Under the pieces are notes generated by a model that made no database searches, was not told the DNA's origin, and saw nothing but the letters and a program-made list of their open reading frames with translations. Both the position numbers and the translations under genes were made by a program. A stretch of DNA of 64,000 bases from Octopus sinensis (taxonomy: Eukaryota): contig NC_043010.1 in the NCBI RefSeq assembly GCF_006345805.1, forward strand, positions 11,718,001 through 11,782,000. Reading direction: 5' to 3'. Positions 1 through 12,473 of the stretch are shown here, piece by piece. How positions within the stretch are numbered: the stretch's first letter is position 1; each line of letters begins with the position of its first letter.

Positions 1-265
1 TTATCGTTTAACGTCCGCTTTCCATGCTAGCATGGGTTGGACGGTTCAAGTGGGGTCTGGGAAGCCAGAAGGCTGCATCAGGCCCAGTCTGATCTGGCAA
101 TGTTTCTACAGCTGGATGCCCTTCCTAACTCCAACCACTCCGTGAGTGTACTGGGTGCTTTTTACATGCCACCGGCACAGGTGCCAGATGAGGCTGGCAA
201 ACGGCCACGATTGGATGATGCTTTTTATGTGCCACCAGCACGGAGACCAGACGAAGCTGGCAACA
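1..265 (-). mobile_element. RTE-type 3' end / RTE-tailed SINE fragment
   Basis: Reverse complement of the ggcgttaggaagggcatccagctgtagaaac...ggacgttaaacgat(gat)n block seen at ~1010-1238, 10130-10316 and 36030-36288. Confidence 0.75.
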
Positions 266-519
266 TATATATATATATATATATATATTAGTAGAGTTAG
301 AGGTTGGAATAACCGTCTAAGGGATGAAAGTATCCATTATACTACTGGTATAATTATCTATGTTAACCTTGAATATACATATGCAAGCATATTATGCTCA
401 TAGATTACAGGTAATGACAAGGTTAAGTAAGAGTTTATCAGGAATCAAATCTGTATTGACTTAAATTACATATACATATGTTTCAAGACTGGGCCAAAAT
501 TATCATATTTATATGTACG

Positions 520-643
520 TATATTTCAGTTTCTATCTGCCAAATTCACAGGGCTATAGTAGAAGACACTTGCCCAAGATGCCATGCAGTAGGACTGAAC
601 TCAAGCCCACATGGCTATGAAACAAGTTTCTTAACTACAAAGC

Positions 644-650
<7 letters not shown>
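520..650 (-). mobile_element. SINE-A 5' fragment (diverged)
   Basis: ggctatagtagaagacacttgcccaagatgcc matches the reverse complement of the SINE-A head. Confidence 0.7.
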
Positions 651-681
<31 letters not shown>

Positions 682-689
682 ATTTATAT

Positions 690-900
690 ATAAAACGGGA
701 AGTTTTCCGAAAATAAACAAAAGACGAAGGCAGGTGGAGTACAAACAAACAAATGTATTAGTATGGCACTCAGGAATAGAAATGGAACAAGTTTTTTACA
801 TTTCGAGCCTACGCTCTTCGGCAGAAAGATACACAGAAAAGAAACAAGGAGAGAAACAAGGAGAGAAAAAAATGCATGTAGGAGCTAACGGGCTATCATG
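690..900 (-). mobile_element. Penelope-like terminal fragment with hammerhead-like motif
   Basis: Related to ~36310-36560; minus strand reads cttt-CTGCCGA-AGAGCGTAGGCTC-GAAATGTA-aaaa. Penelope assignment is an inference from the motif. Confidence 0.5.
797..828 (-). ncRNA. Degenerate minimal hammerhead ribozyme motif
   Basis: CUGcCGA (A6 to C), stem II GAGC/GCUC, GAAAuGUA, stem I UUU/AAA. Confidence 0.4.
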
Positions 901-906
901 GCGTTC

Positions 907-940
<34 letters not shown>

Positions 941-1009
941 TACATATACATATATATATATACACACATACATATATATATATATACATATGTATGTGTA
1001 TCATCTGAA

Positions 1010-1238
1010 CGTAGCCGATGCCAGTGCCGCCTTGGCTGGCTTCCGTGCCGATGGCACATAAAAAGCAGCCACTACACTCACGAAGTGGTTGGTGTTAGGA
1101 AGGGCATCCAGCTATAGAAACACTGCCAGATCAGACTGGAGCCTGGTGCAGCCTCCTGGCTTCCCAGACCCCCGTCGAACCATCCAACCCATGCTAGCAT
1201 GGAAAGTGGACGTTAAACGATGATGATGATGATGATGA
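1010..1238 (+). mobile_element. RTE-type 3' end / RTE-tailed SINE with (GAT)n tail
   Basis: gtggcacataaaaagca...aggaagggcatccagc...ggacgttaaacgatgatgatgat. Confidence 0.75.
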
Positions 1239-1254
1239 TATATATACATATATA

Positions 1255-1580
1255 GTGAAAGTGCATGGCTGAGTGGTTAGGGTATTTGGCTCACAATTGT
1301 AAGGTTGTGAGTTCAATACCTGGTGGCATGTTGCATCCTTGAGCAAGACATTTAATTTCACATTGCTCTCAGTCCACTCAGGTGGTAAAAATTAGTAGTG
1401 TCTATATTTCAAAAGGGAGCCCTGTCACATTCTGTGTCACACTGAATCTCCTGGAGAACTACGTTAACGTTATGCCTATTAGTGGAGCGCTCAGCCACTT
1501 GTATATTAAATTCATGAGCAGGCTGTTCCATTGATCGGATCAACTGGAACCCTTATCATTGTAACCAATAGAGTGCCAGT
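1255..1580 (+). mobile_element. SINE-B (tRNA-derived)
   Basis: A-box-like tggctgagtggtt and B-box-like gagttcaatacc; body homologous to 32394-32713. Confidence 0.75.
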
Positions 1581-1587
1581 TATATAC

Positions 1588-1618
<31 letters not shown>

Positions 1619-1623
1619 CATAC

Positions 1624-1673
<50 letters not shown>

Positions 1674-1860
1674 GTATATATACATATACATATATGCATA
1701 CATATATACATACATTCATACATATATATATGTGTGTGTGTGTGTGTATATATATGTATGAATGTAAGTATAATTGTAAGTGTAAGTCTACATATAAGCA
1801 CATATACAAATTTATACACACAATCACATATATGTTTGTATATGTATACACACACACAAA
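1580..1860. repeat. (TA)n/(TG)n compound microsatellite
   Basis: Direct reading. Confidence 0.9.
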
Positions 1861-2302
1861 TACCCCGCCCCCGCCCAGCATCTCTGTAATATCATGCATT
1901 GTGTGTATATAATGAAGCAGTGTTGTCCCCCAATAATCTATGTATCTGTTTACCAAAATATCATTGTGATGATTGATAATATTGTTTCAACATCGAAACC
2001 CGATGTCAGTTAAAAAAAAAATTCCGAAAAAACCTGGCAGGCTACAGCACTGCACACATACCAATTTTTTTTGTTGACATTTTTTTTTTGTTGTTGTTGT
2101 TGTTGTTGTTGTTGTTATTGTTTTGTTTTTACTTTTTCATCTCTTTCTTCAGAACTACAACAACAGAAACAGTGCATTGGGCTTCCCAATTTTCATATGT
2201 AAACATTTCCAATGTCTTTAGGTTGTCGAGAGGTGGGGGAGGGAGGGGGGCAGGAAAATTTTATGTTATTTATTTGCTTTTTTTTGTTTGTTTTTGTTTT
2301 TG

Positions 2303-2343
<41 letters not shown>

Positions 2344-2849
2344 ACTTATACTAAGTTTTTTTTTTTGTTTTTTCCCCCCTTGCTATAATTATCTTTTGTA
2401 TTTCATATGTTTTTTAAACTGCTTCTTTTTCATCGTGAGAGAGAGGAACTGTGTTTTTTTTTATCTATTCACAGATTGTAGTTGTTGTTTTTGTTGTTGC
2501 TGCTGTCGTTGTTGTTGTTGTGGTGGTGATGGTGGTGGTGGTGATTCTTGTATGCTGCCGTTATTTCCAAAATAACATATACAGATACATAGATATATTC
2601 ACACACAGAACAACGACCTTACATGGATATGAATAAGCATATACATATATATATATGCATGTATTCGACTGTATGTGTGTATGTGTGTGCATGCGTGTGT
2701 GTGCGTCAATATTCATGTGTGTGTATACATGCATACATCAATGCATCTATATTGATATCATTAAAATACATACATACGTACACTTACATATTCAAACACA
2801 TTAGACTCACATGCATGTAAACCTAAGCATAGATATGCATGGACTCCTT

Positions 2850-3290
2850 CAGGATATATACATATACATACATATATATACACACATAACAATATACATA
2901 TATGTATATATATATATATAGATAGATAGATATAATTTCATTCATATATATAACATTTATATATATTATAGATAATACATATATATACATACATATGTAT
3001 ATACATATATGTATGTATATATGTGTATATATATATATATATAGGTATACATTCTATATATACATTATATATATATATATATATAATATATATATATAAT
3101 ATATTATATATATATCTATACATACATACATATATATACATATATATATATATAGATATACATTCATATATACATTATATATATATATAATATATATATA
3201 TAACATCATATATATACATTATATATATATATATATATGCATACGTATGTAGTATATATATATATGATATATATGTGCGCCACATGTATG

Positions 3291-3349
<59 letters not shown>

Positions 3350-3470
3350 TATACTATATATAATATATATTATATATATAGACCACATAAACATATACAC
3401 ATGGCACAATCATACTCACACTTACACACACACGCATACACATACACGCACGCATACAAACACACGCATA
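2850..3470. repeat. (TA)n-rich microsatellite tract
   Basis: Direct reading. Confidence 0.9.
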
Positions 3471-3786
3471 CATAGAAAGAAACTTGCACTCACACTTATG
3501 CATACAATTAAACGTTATGGGTGCATACAAGCAAGGGTCATCTACACACATATCCAAAGCATACGACTTACCTACATACAAATGCATGCATAAAAAAATA
3601 CGCACTTGCGAATGAATGAAGAAGATTCCTAATTTTTATTCAGTAAATATATTTTATATATTTCTGTATCAATAATTACAGACTATTTTTCACTCCACCT
3701 CTCTTAAAACACCTGTAGGGCAGGGGCTTAGGTTTATTTGGGTGTGAGCTACAAAATATAGGAAGAAAACAGATAAAAAAAATAAG

Positions 3787-5272
3787 TAGATAGATAGGTA
3801 GATGGATAGATAGATAGATAGATAGATGGATAGATAGATGGATAGATAGATGGATAGATAGATAGATAGATAGATAGATGGATAGATGGATAGATAGATG
3901 GATAGATGGATAGATAGATAGATAGATGGATAGATGGATAGATAGATGGATAGATGGATAGATAGATAGATAGATAGATAGATGGATAGATAGATAGATA
4001 GATAGATGGATAGATGGATAGATAGATGGATAGATGGATAGATAGATGGATAGATGGATAGATAGATAGATAGATGGATAGATAGATAGATGGATAGATG
4101 GATAGATAGATGGATAGATGGATAGATAGATGGATAGATGGATAGATAGATGGATAGATGGATAGATATGTTTCTTATTAGCCACACAGGGCTGCACACA
4201 GATAGAACAAATTACAAGGTAGAGCTTTTCTTTTGAAGGTATTAAAAAAAAAAAAAAAAAAAAAGGAAGGGGGAGTTCGATCAAAAGGGATCGTAAAAGG
4301 AGAGAAAGAGGACAAAAATAAGGGGGGTTAAAAAAAAAAATTAAAAAAAAAAAGGTGGGGGGGGAGAGGAAAAAAAATGATCAATAGGGATCGTTATCAC
4401 AGAAATGTCAATATGAAGTGTAAAGGGAGGACAGGTGAGGTTTACCCGTGGAAAAAAAGCCTGCGGAAAAGACCACGGTAACCTCGGTCAATGAAGTCAC
4501 ATTTTATATTTCTTTTTTTTTTTTTTTTTTTTTTGCAAATAAGCAACTCTCTGTTTTCGATTTCTGGGTTCATAGGACTATGCTCAGGTGGCTTCGTCAT
4601 TCATACGTGCCATTCTTGCTACATTCACCTCCCTCTTTTTTTTAAACATTCGCTAGACAAAACTTGCCTCTCTACTCTCACTTTCCTTTTCAAGTGGTAC
4701 TTGAAGAAGTTGATGAGAGATTGACCAGAGAGAAAGTGTTGTCTCCAATCCTTTCAACGCGTCCACCAGATACTTCTTTCGCCATAGCCACAAGATGATG
4801 AAAATAGCTCTTCCTTCCCGTTTGAAGGAAGGAGGCGTGACAATATTGATGATAGACTCAGCTGATAAACCGACTCGTCCCACACGTGACAGCAGTGGTT
4901 CGACATAAGCCCACAGGTCGGAAATTGTTGGACACTGAACGAGTGCGTGCAGAACGGTTTCGTCGCTCTGACCGCATCTCGGGCAGGTCGCCCCGTGTTT
5001 CTCGAGCCGTGTCTGTAGAGCTTATCCCGAACGGGTAGCGCTTCTTCGGTAGCACTGCCAGGCCAGGGATCTCTGGAAGTTGTCCATGGGCCCTGGCCCG
5101 AAAGTCGTCCCGAACAGGCGGGTCAGGTACTCCTCGTCGACGTCCAGGTTCGCCCCGAGCTCGTCGTCATACCTCCCCTCCACTAAACCCCTATAGAATG
5201 CTTTGGTTGTGTTGAAGTCACTTAGGTCGACCCAGGACGGCAGAGTTGCTTGAGAGCAACGCGACACTCGCG
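3787..5272 (-). mobile_element. 5'-truncated Tx1/L1-clade LINE with (TATC)n tail, copy 1
   Basis: Minus-strand ORF2 remnants (...QRSLAWQCY..., GRVGLSAESIINIVTPPSFKREGRAIFII) nearly identical to 38096-39097; T-rich 3' UTR, aataa signal, (GATA/GATG)n 3787-4167 on + strand. Confidence 0.9.
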
Positions 5273-5273
5273 G

Positions 5274-5514
5274 GATAGATAGATAGATGGATAGATGGAT
5301 AGATAGATGGATAGATGGATAGATAGATGGATAGATGGATAGATAGATAGATGGATAGATAGATAGATGGATAGATGGATAGATAGATGGATAGATGGAT
5401 AGATAGATGGATAGATGGATAGATAGAGGATAGATAGATAGATATGTTTTTATTAGCCACACAGGGCTGGCACACAGATAGACAAATTACAAGGTAGAGC
5501 TTTTCTTTTGAAGG

Positions 5515-5549
<35 letters not shown>

Positions 5550-5800
5550 AAGGGGGAGGTTCGATCAAAAGGGATCGTAAAAGGAGAGAAATAGGACAAA
5601 ATAAGGGTGGTTAAAAAAAAAAAAAAAAAAAAAAAGGGGGGAGAGGAAAAAAAATGATCAATAGGGATCGTTATCACAAGAATGTCAATATGAAGTGTAA
5701 AGGGAGGACAGGTGAGGTTTACCCGTGGAAAGAAAAGCCTGCAGAAAAGACCACGGTAACCTCGGTCAATGAAGTCACATTTTATATTTCTTTTTTTTTT
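5274..5800 (-). mobile_element. Tx1/L1-clade LINE 3' UTR and (TATC)n tail, copy 2 (runs into gap)
   Basis: 5443-5800 is near-identical to 4168-4520. Confidence 0.85.
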
Positions 5801-5900
5801 NNNNNNNNNNNNNNNNNNNNNNNNNNNNNNNNNNNNNNNNNNNNNNNNNNNNNNNNNNNNNNNNNNNNNNNNNNNNNNNNNNNNNNNNNNNNNNNNNNNN
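5801..5900. other. Assembly gap (100 N)
   Basis: Run of n. Confidence 1.
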
Positions 5901-6024
5901 AGGGAGATGAGGAGAGAGAGAGATAGAATGCCATGAATAACAGCAAAAGTAACCGGACTTGAAAATAGAGATAATAGGCAGATAAATAGCTATATATACA
6001 TATACATTCATAAATATATATATA

Positions 6025-6057
<33 letters not shown>

Positions 6058-6302
6058 ATATATTATATATATATATATATAGAAGATAGATAGAAGAGGA
6101 GAGAGAAAGAGGATGGGGTGAGGTATAAAGAAAGAAAAATTAACACAAGGCTTGAAAACAAAGATGAGAACCAGTTAGAGTGGTAGTAAAAAAGCAGGGG
6201 AGAAAGGCGGGTAGATAAAGTAAAAGTGATATAGAGAGAAAGAATATGTGACCAAGAAGAAAAATGAAAGTAGAAAGAAAGATACATTGGTAAAGAGGTG
6301 AG

Positions 6303-6335
<33 letters not shown>

Positions 6336-6440
6336 CAAGTGAGAGGGAGAGAGAGGTGGAGAGTGACAGACCAAAAGACCCAAACTAAGGAAATGGTCAC
6401 AAAGTTGAGAATGGTGGTTGGGGGCTATATGCTAATATTA

Positions 6441-6860
6441 GGTGCAGACATGGCTGTATAGTAAGGAGTCTGCTTTTCAACCGCATGGTTTCAGGTTCAG
6501 TCACACTGTACGTCACCTTGGGTAAGTGTTTTCTGCTACAAGTCCTGGGTTAACCAGAACCTTTGTGAGTGGATTTGGTAGACGGAATCTGAAAGAAGCC
6601 CATTGGTGTGTGTGTGTGTGTGTGTATGTGTGTTTCTTGGTAGATGGAAACTGAAAGAAGCCCATTGTGTGTGTGTGTGTGTGTGTTCCTACCACTTGAT
6701 AACCTGTGTTGGTGTGTTTACATCCCCATAGCTTTGCAGTTTGGCAAAAGAGACTGAAAGAATAACACCGGGCTTAAATACATTAAGTATCAGGGGTCAA
6801 TTCGTGCAGTTAAAACTCATGCTCCAGCATGGCCACGGTCCAATGACTAAAGCAAGGAAC
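6441..6860 (+). mobile_element. SINE-A, diverged subfamily
   Basis: tRNA-like head, gagtggatttggtagacggaa domain (partly duplicated), ccagcatggccac tail. Confidence 0.75.
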
Positions 6861-6950
6861 AGATTAAAGAGAAAGCTAAATAAATATATGTTTCTATCTA
6901 TCTAACTATCTATCTCTGTCTCTCTGTGTATATATACATATATATACATA

Positions 6951-7372
6951 GGCGCAGGAGTGGCTGTGTGGTAAGTAGCTTGCTAACCAACCACGTAGTT
7001 CCGGGTTCAGTCCCACTGCGTGGCACCTTGGGCAAGTGTCTTCTGCTATAGCCCCAGGCCGACCAAAGCCTTGTGAGTGGATTTGGTAGACGGAAACTGA
7101 AAGAAGCCTGTTGTATATATGTATATATATATATATGTGTATGTGTGTGTGTATGTGTTTGTGTGTCGGTGTTTGTCCAACAAACATCACTTGACGACCG
7201 ATGCTGGTGTGTTTACGTCCCCGTCACCTAGCAGTTTGGCAAAAAGAGACAGATAGAGTAAGTACTGAGCTTACAAAGAATAAGTCCCGGGGTCGAGTTG
7301 CTCGACTAAAGGCGGTGCTCCAGCATGGCCACAGTCAACTGACTGAAACAAAAGAGTAAAAGAGTAAAAGAG

Positions 7373-7374
<2 letters not shown>
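6951..7374 (+). mobile_element. SINE-A full length
   Basis: ggcgcaggagtggctgtgtggtaag head (A box), ggttcagtccc (B box), internal (TA)n(TG)n, ggcggtgctccagcatggcc tail, (aaaagagt)n end. Confidence 0.9.
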
Positions 7375-7436
<62 letters not shown>

Positions 7437-7599
7437 TAAAAATGGGGAAGGCCAGTTTAAGGGATTACCTTTTTCAGATTTATGCTTTTTACAAACGAAC
7501 GATACACACACACACACACCACACACACACGCGCACACACATATGCACAAACACATATATAAATGCATTCATGTATATATGTGAATATATATGCACACA

Positions 7600-8560
7600 T
7601 ATATGGGGAGAGAGAAAGAAAACAAAAGAAAAAGTTGAACCCACTGATGGAGGTTCAGGCTATGAGAAGATACAGAGAATGGGGAGGAAGGGGTTGGAGG
7701 TAGGGAAGGAGGGAGAGAGGGCCAAGAGAGGAGGAGAGCGGGCAAAAGAAAAGAGTCAGAGAGAGAGAGAGGAGAGAGAGAGAGAAGGAGAGAGAGAAGG
7801 CCAATGGCACTAGAGAAAGAGAAACCAAAGGGATCTGTTATAGAGGTGGGGGTTGCATGTACATTTAGATAGATAGATTGGTTGAGAGAGGGGAAGATGT
7901 GAGGATGGGGAGAGGGAGAGAGAAAGAGTGACAGAGTCTGAGAGATAGACAGTCAGACATGCAAAGGGACAGGGACAGAGAGAGAGAGAGAGAGATAGAG
8001 GGAACAGAGAGAGAGAGAGAGAGAGAGAGAAGAGAAAGGAATGAATTAACTCTAATGGTAAAGATAGGGGTTAATATGCATCTAAAGACATAGTGGAGGG
8101 GAAACAAAGAGTGAAATGCAGAGAGAGAGAGAGAGAGAGAGAGAAGGGTGTCAGAGTGAGAGACAAAGGAAATCATTTGTCCCAATGGTGATGGTGCTGG
8201 CAGAGGAGGAGGAGGAGGAGGAGGAGAGGAGGAGGAGGAAGAATAGGAAGTGGAGGAGGAGGAGGAGGAGGAGGAAGAGGAGGGGGAAAAGAGGAGGAGA
8301 ATGAGGAGGAAGTGGAAGTGGAAGAGGAGGAAGAGGAAGAAGAGGAGGTGGAGGAGGAGGTGGAAGAGGAAGAAGAAGAGGGGGAGGATGGGAGAAGAAG
8401 AAGAGGAGGGGGGAAGAAGAGGAAAAGAAAAGAAGTGGAGGAGGGGGAGGGGGAAGAAGAGGAAAGAGAAGAAGAAGGAGGGGGAGGGGGAAGAAGAGGA
8501 AAGAGAAGAAGAGGAGGAGGGGGGAGAAGAAGAAGAGGAAGAAGAGGAGGAGGAGCTATA
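7600..8560 (+). repeat. Polypurine (GA)n/(GAG)n/(GAA)n low-complexity tract
   Basis: Direct reading. Confidence 0.85.
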
Positions 8561-9169
8561 TTTTGATGAGCAGTAGATACAAAATGAGGGATTTACACAG
8601 AAAAATAACCAACAATGTTTATAGATGAGAGAATATCCTTATAACAAAGCATAATATATCAGAAATGCAGAAAATATTATGAAGATTTATAATTGCTTTG
8701 ATATGCGTACATGTGTGCTGTGCCTGTGCTGTATGTGTGTGTGTGTGTTTGCATGTGTGTATGCGGGGAGGAATGTGTGGTTGTGTATTTGTGACAATAT
8801 ACGCGCAAATATTACTATGTACATATGTGTATGCGTGTGAGTGTGTGTGTGAGTGTGTGTGTATGATGCTTTTATGAATTAAATTGCTACGTGTACTATA
8901 TGACTACTATGTAAGTGTCTGTATATATGAGTATATGAATGTGTGTATGTGTGTGTGTGTTTGTGTGTGTTTGTGTGTGTGTGTGTGGTGTCTTTATGCA
9001 TTAAATTGGCATGTGAACTGCATGACAACTACTTAGATGCATGTATAGATGCATAAGATGAGTGCACAATGATGCGTTCAGGTAACTTGAGAAAATTGGA
9101 TATAAGCAGTAAAGAGATATGTACACACATACACGAACATCCATGCATGTGCATATACATATATAGTTA

Positions 9170-9315
9170 TAATATGGTATATATATATATATATATATAC
9201 ATATATATTTAGTTATAATGTGCTGTATATTTATATATATATTTATATATTTAGTTATAATATTCTGAATATATATATATATATTATATATATATAGATA
9301 TATATATATATATAT

Positions 9316-9382
<67 letters not shown>

Positions 9383-9409
9383 TATTGATTGATATATACT
9401 TAGATACAG

Positions 9410-9453
<44 letters not shown>

Positions 9454-9467
9454 CACACATATTTATA

Positions 9468-9498
<31 letters not shown>

Positions 9499-9555
9499 AT
9501 GTATGTGTGTGTGTGTGTATATGTATGTATATGTATGTACATACATACATATGAG
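9170..9555. repeat. (TA)n/(GATA)n/(TG)n compound microsatellite
   Basis: Direct reading. Confidence 0.9.
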
Positions 9556-9924
9556 TGTTTGTGCTCACAGGAAGTAAATGGATCTGTACAGGTTTTAACA
9601 CTGCATATTCCAGTTGTTCAGTGAACTAAACTGCTTAATCATGGAATTATATTGTAAGCTGTTGAGTTTTCCGCAGACACTTTAACTCTTAAATGTATTC
9701 TGCTGATGGAATCAGTGTAATCAGTCTGTACAGAACAAGTTTGGCCTTTTGAATTACTGGTAGAATCTACCTTATGGGATTCCATAAAGCTTCCGTCTAC
9801 CCTATTTCATTCAGAACTGTTCTCCCTTTGAGATTAGGTGACTTAATGCATATGATAAGTGAAAATGTTTGAAAATCGATTTCATGTCTGAAAATACATA
9901 TGATAGTTCACAGAGATTATATTC

Positions 9925-10316
9925 CACAAAGTACCAATCCCTAACAGTTGAGGGAACCCGTGGAAGAGGTAGACCCAGGAAAACCTGGGACGAGGTGGTG
10001 AAGCACGACCTTCGAACTGTAGGCCTCACTGAGGAAATTACCAGCGACCGAGACCTTTGGAAATATGCTGTACGTGAGAAGCCCAGCCCACTTATGCATG
10101 CCTTTCCTCCCTTGGACACAAAGACCTGTGCGGGTGGCACATAAAAAGCACCCACTACACTCACGGAGTGGTTGGCGTTAGGAAGGGCATCCAGCTGTAG
10201 AAACACTGCCAGATAAGACTGGAGCCTGGTGCAGCCTTCTGGCTTCCCAGATCCCCGGTCGAACCGTCCAACCCATGCTGGCATGGAGAACGGACGTTAA
10301 ACGATGATGATGATGA
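9925..10316 (+). mobile_element. RTE-clade LINE 3' end (ORF C-terminus, UTR, (GAT)n tail)
   Basis: KYQSLTVEGTRGRGRPRKTWDEVVKHDLRTVGLTEEITSDRDLWKYAV is a typical RTE C-terminal GRP..W...DR..W motif; UTR shared with 1010-1238. Confidence 0.8.
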
Positions 10317-10394
10317 AAGTGATTCAATCAGTCCTGTGGAAATCACAATTTTTGTCCCTTATTTTTTATTTCAAGCTATACAGATCTGCAGTGG

Positions 10395-10640
10395 GAGTGA
10401 GTAATCATCTGGGAGGTCATAGATGGAAAGTCAGGAAGCAACCTGGGTCTCTGTCAGTTACGAATACAAGGGTTCTAGTTGATCTGATCAATGGAACTGT
10501 CCACTTTTGAAATACAGGCACAACTCATTTTTGCCATCTGAGTGGACTGAATCAACACGAAATAAAGTGTCTTGGCCAAGAATCAAATTCACAACCTTAT
10601 GATTATGAGCTAAATACCCTAACCAACAAGCCACATATCT
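10395..10640 (-). mobile_element. SINE-B, diverged
   Basis: gttgatctgatcaatggaact...gagtggactgaatcaacac...aaataaagtgtcttggccaag are reverse-complement matches. Confidence 0.55.
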
Positions 10641-10650
10641 TCAGTATATA

Positions 10651-11048
10651 TACTCTTTTTTTCTCTTTTTACTTGTTTCAGTCATTTGACTGCGGCCAAA
10701 TCGAGCAAATCGACCCTGGGACTTATTCTTTGTAAGCCCAGTACTTATTCTATTGGTCTCTTTTGCCGAACCGCTAAGTGACGGGGTCTGTAAACACACC
10801 AGCATCGGTTGTCAAGCAATGCTAGGAGGACAAACACAGACACACAAACACACACACATACATACATATATATATACATATATACGACAGGCTTCTTTCA
10901 GTTTCCGTCTACCAAATCCACTCACAAGGCATTGGTCGGCCCGGGGCTATAGCAGAAGACAATTGCCCAAGATGCCACGCAGTGGGACTGAACCCGGAAC
11001 CATGTGGTTGGTTAGCAAGCTACTTACCACACAGCCACTCCTGCGCCT
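10651..11048 (-). mobile_element. SINE-A full length
   Basis: Reverse complement of the consensus. Confidence 0.9.
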
Positions 11049-11412
11049 ATGTAATCACTATTTATGTATCAAATCCAGCTTCGCGGTATTATGGGCCCCT
11101 GGGCAAATCATTGTACTGGGCTCAATAGTATTTATTTATTGACAACAAGCCATATCATACATAGATCAGAATTGAGCCCCTAAACCCATGAAGAGCCCTG
11201 AGCACTGTCCAGTGTACCAATGTTTTAATACAGCACTGATATGGATATAGAGTCACTATCCATCCAGCAGCTGGGAATGAGGGACCCCAAATCTTTATTT
11301 CAGCATCTCTCTAGGGCAAGAAAAACTGGCAGCATTCTGGTTTAAGCACCTCATATAACCCCTTATAACTTTTTATATTTTGGGGAATTTTCAGGAAATT
11401 ATAGTAAATTAT

Positions 11413-11824
11413 AGGAGTGGGTGTGTGGTAAGTAGCTTGCTAACCAACCACATGGTCCCAGGTTCAGTCCCACTGTGTGGCATCTTGGGCAAGTGTCTTC
11501 TGCTATAGCCCCGGGCTGACCAATGCCTTGTGAGTGGATTTGGTAGATGGAAACTGAAAGAAGCCTGTCATATATATGTATATATATATAAGTGTGTGTG
11601 TATATGTTTGTGTGTCTGTGTTTGTCCCCCTAGCTTTGCTTGACAACCGATGCTGGTGTGTTTACGTCCCCGTCACTTAGCAGTTCGGCAAAAGAGACCG
11701 GTAGAATAAGTACTGGGCTTACAAAGAATAAGTCCCGGAGTTGATTTGCTTGACTAAAGGTGGTGCTCCAGCATGGCCACAGTCAAATGACTGAAAGAAG
11801 TAAAAGAGTAAAAGAGTAAAGAGT
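11413..11824 (+). mobile_element. SINE-A full length
   Basis: Head, body and (aaaagagt)n tail. Confidence 0.9.
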
Positions 11825-12264
11825 ATACATGACAATTTATATGCTTATGAAAAAATTTTAAGTCCCTCCCCTATAAATGCAAAAATTTCCACACCTCTTC
11901 AAATTTTTTTTTTTTTTTAAATCAATTTAATATACAGACAGTCCGAAATTTTTGTTTAAATTCCAGCAATGGACTCCCCTTGGGTGCATCATCATTTCAC
12001 ATGATGTATTGATGGGGAGAAAAATATTGAAAAGCATCAATACATGTCATAGTGACAAAGAAATGAGGAAGGTATCTGATGGTCATGAGATATGTTAGAA
12101 ACAACACCTAAATTGCCCTTAAATTACAAACAAATTAATTTTTTGCTCTTTTTGAATAAATGTATGAATTCCTGTTTTTAAAAAACAAATTTACCAACAT
12201 TTTCTGAAAATTCCAAACAAGTAGAAAAGTTATGGGTGTGTTAGTGTTTGCATTATTCTACCAA

Positions 12265-12473
12265 AATTAATGCCTTTTATCCACATTGCCTTGAACTAAT
12301 CATTCATTAATCTTGTAGCTTTGAGATTTTGATGAGGTAGCTGTTAATTTTTAAAATGACATTGTAGGGCTGGTGTGAGAGACCAGATCTGGCCAGATCA
12401 GGCAGAATACTTTTGGCCGGATATGGCAGAATACTTTTGGCCGGATATGGCCAGTTTAAATGCTAAAGGGTTA
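12265..12473. mobile_element. piggyBac-like MITE fragment
   Basis: Ends ...tttaaatgctaaagggTTAA (CCC terminus plus TTAA); internal 24-bp tandem duplication ggcagaatacttttggccggatat. Confidence 0.55.

Noticed and set aside
1512-3600. Many ORFs rich in YI/IY/HT/CV (also near 22-23 kb, 33.8 kb, 52.9 kb and 58.5 kb)
   Set aside because: They are translations of (TA)n/(CA)n microsatellites that lack stops in some frames.
3676-4284. 202-aa and 169-aa IYLS/IHLS ORFs (also 39520 and 56901)
   Set aside because: Translations of (TATC)n LINE tails.
6951-7025. SINE heads as tRNA genes
   Set aside because: A/B boxes are present but there is no complete cloverleaf, and they continue into SINE bodies.
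8116-8576. Poly-E and poly-R/K ORFs
   Set aside because: Polypurine simple repeat with no splice or domain support.
12076-12105. ctgatggtcatgagatatgttagaaac as a hammerhead
   Set aside because: A9 is missing, stem II is weak and there is no stem I/III support.
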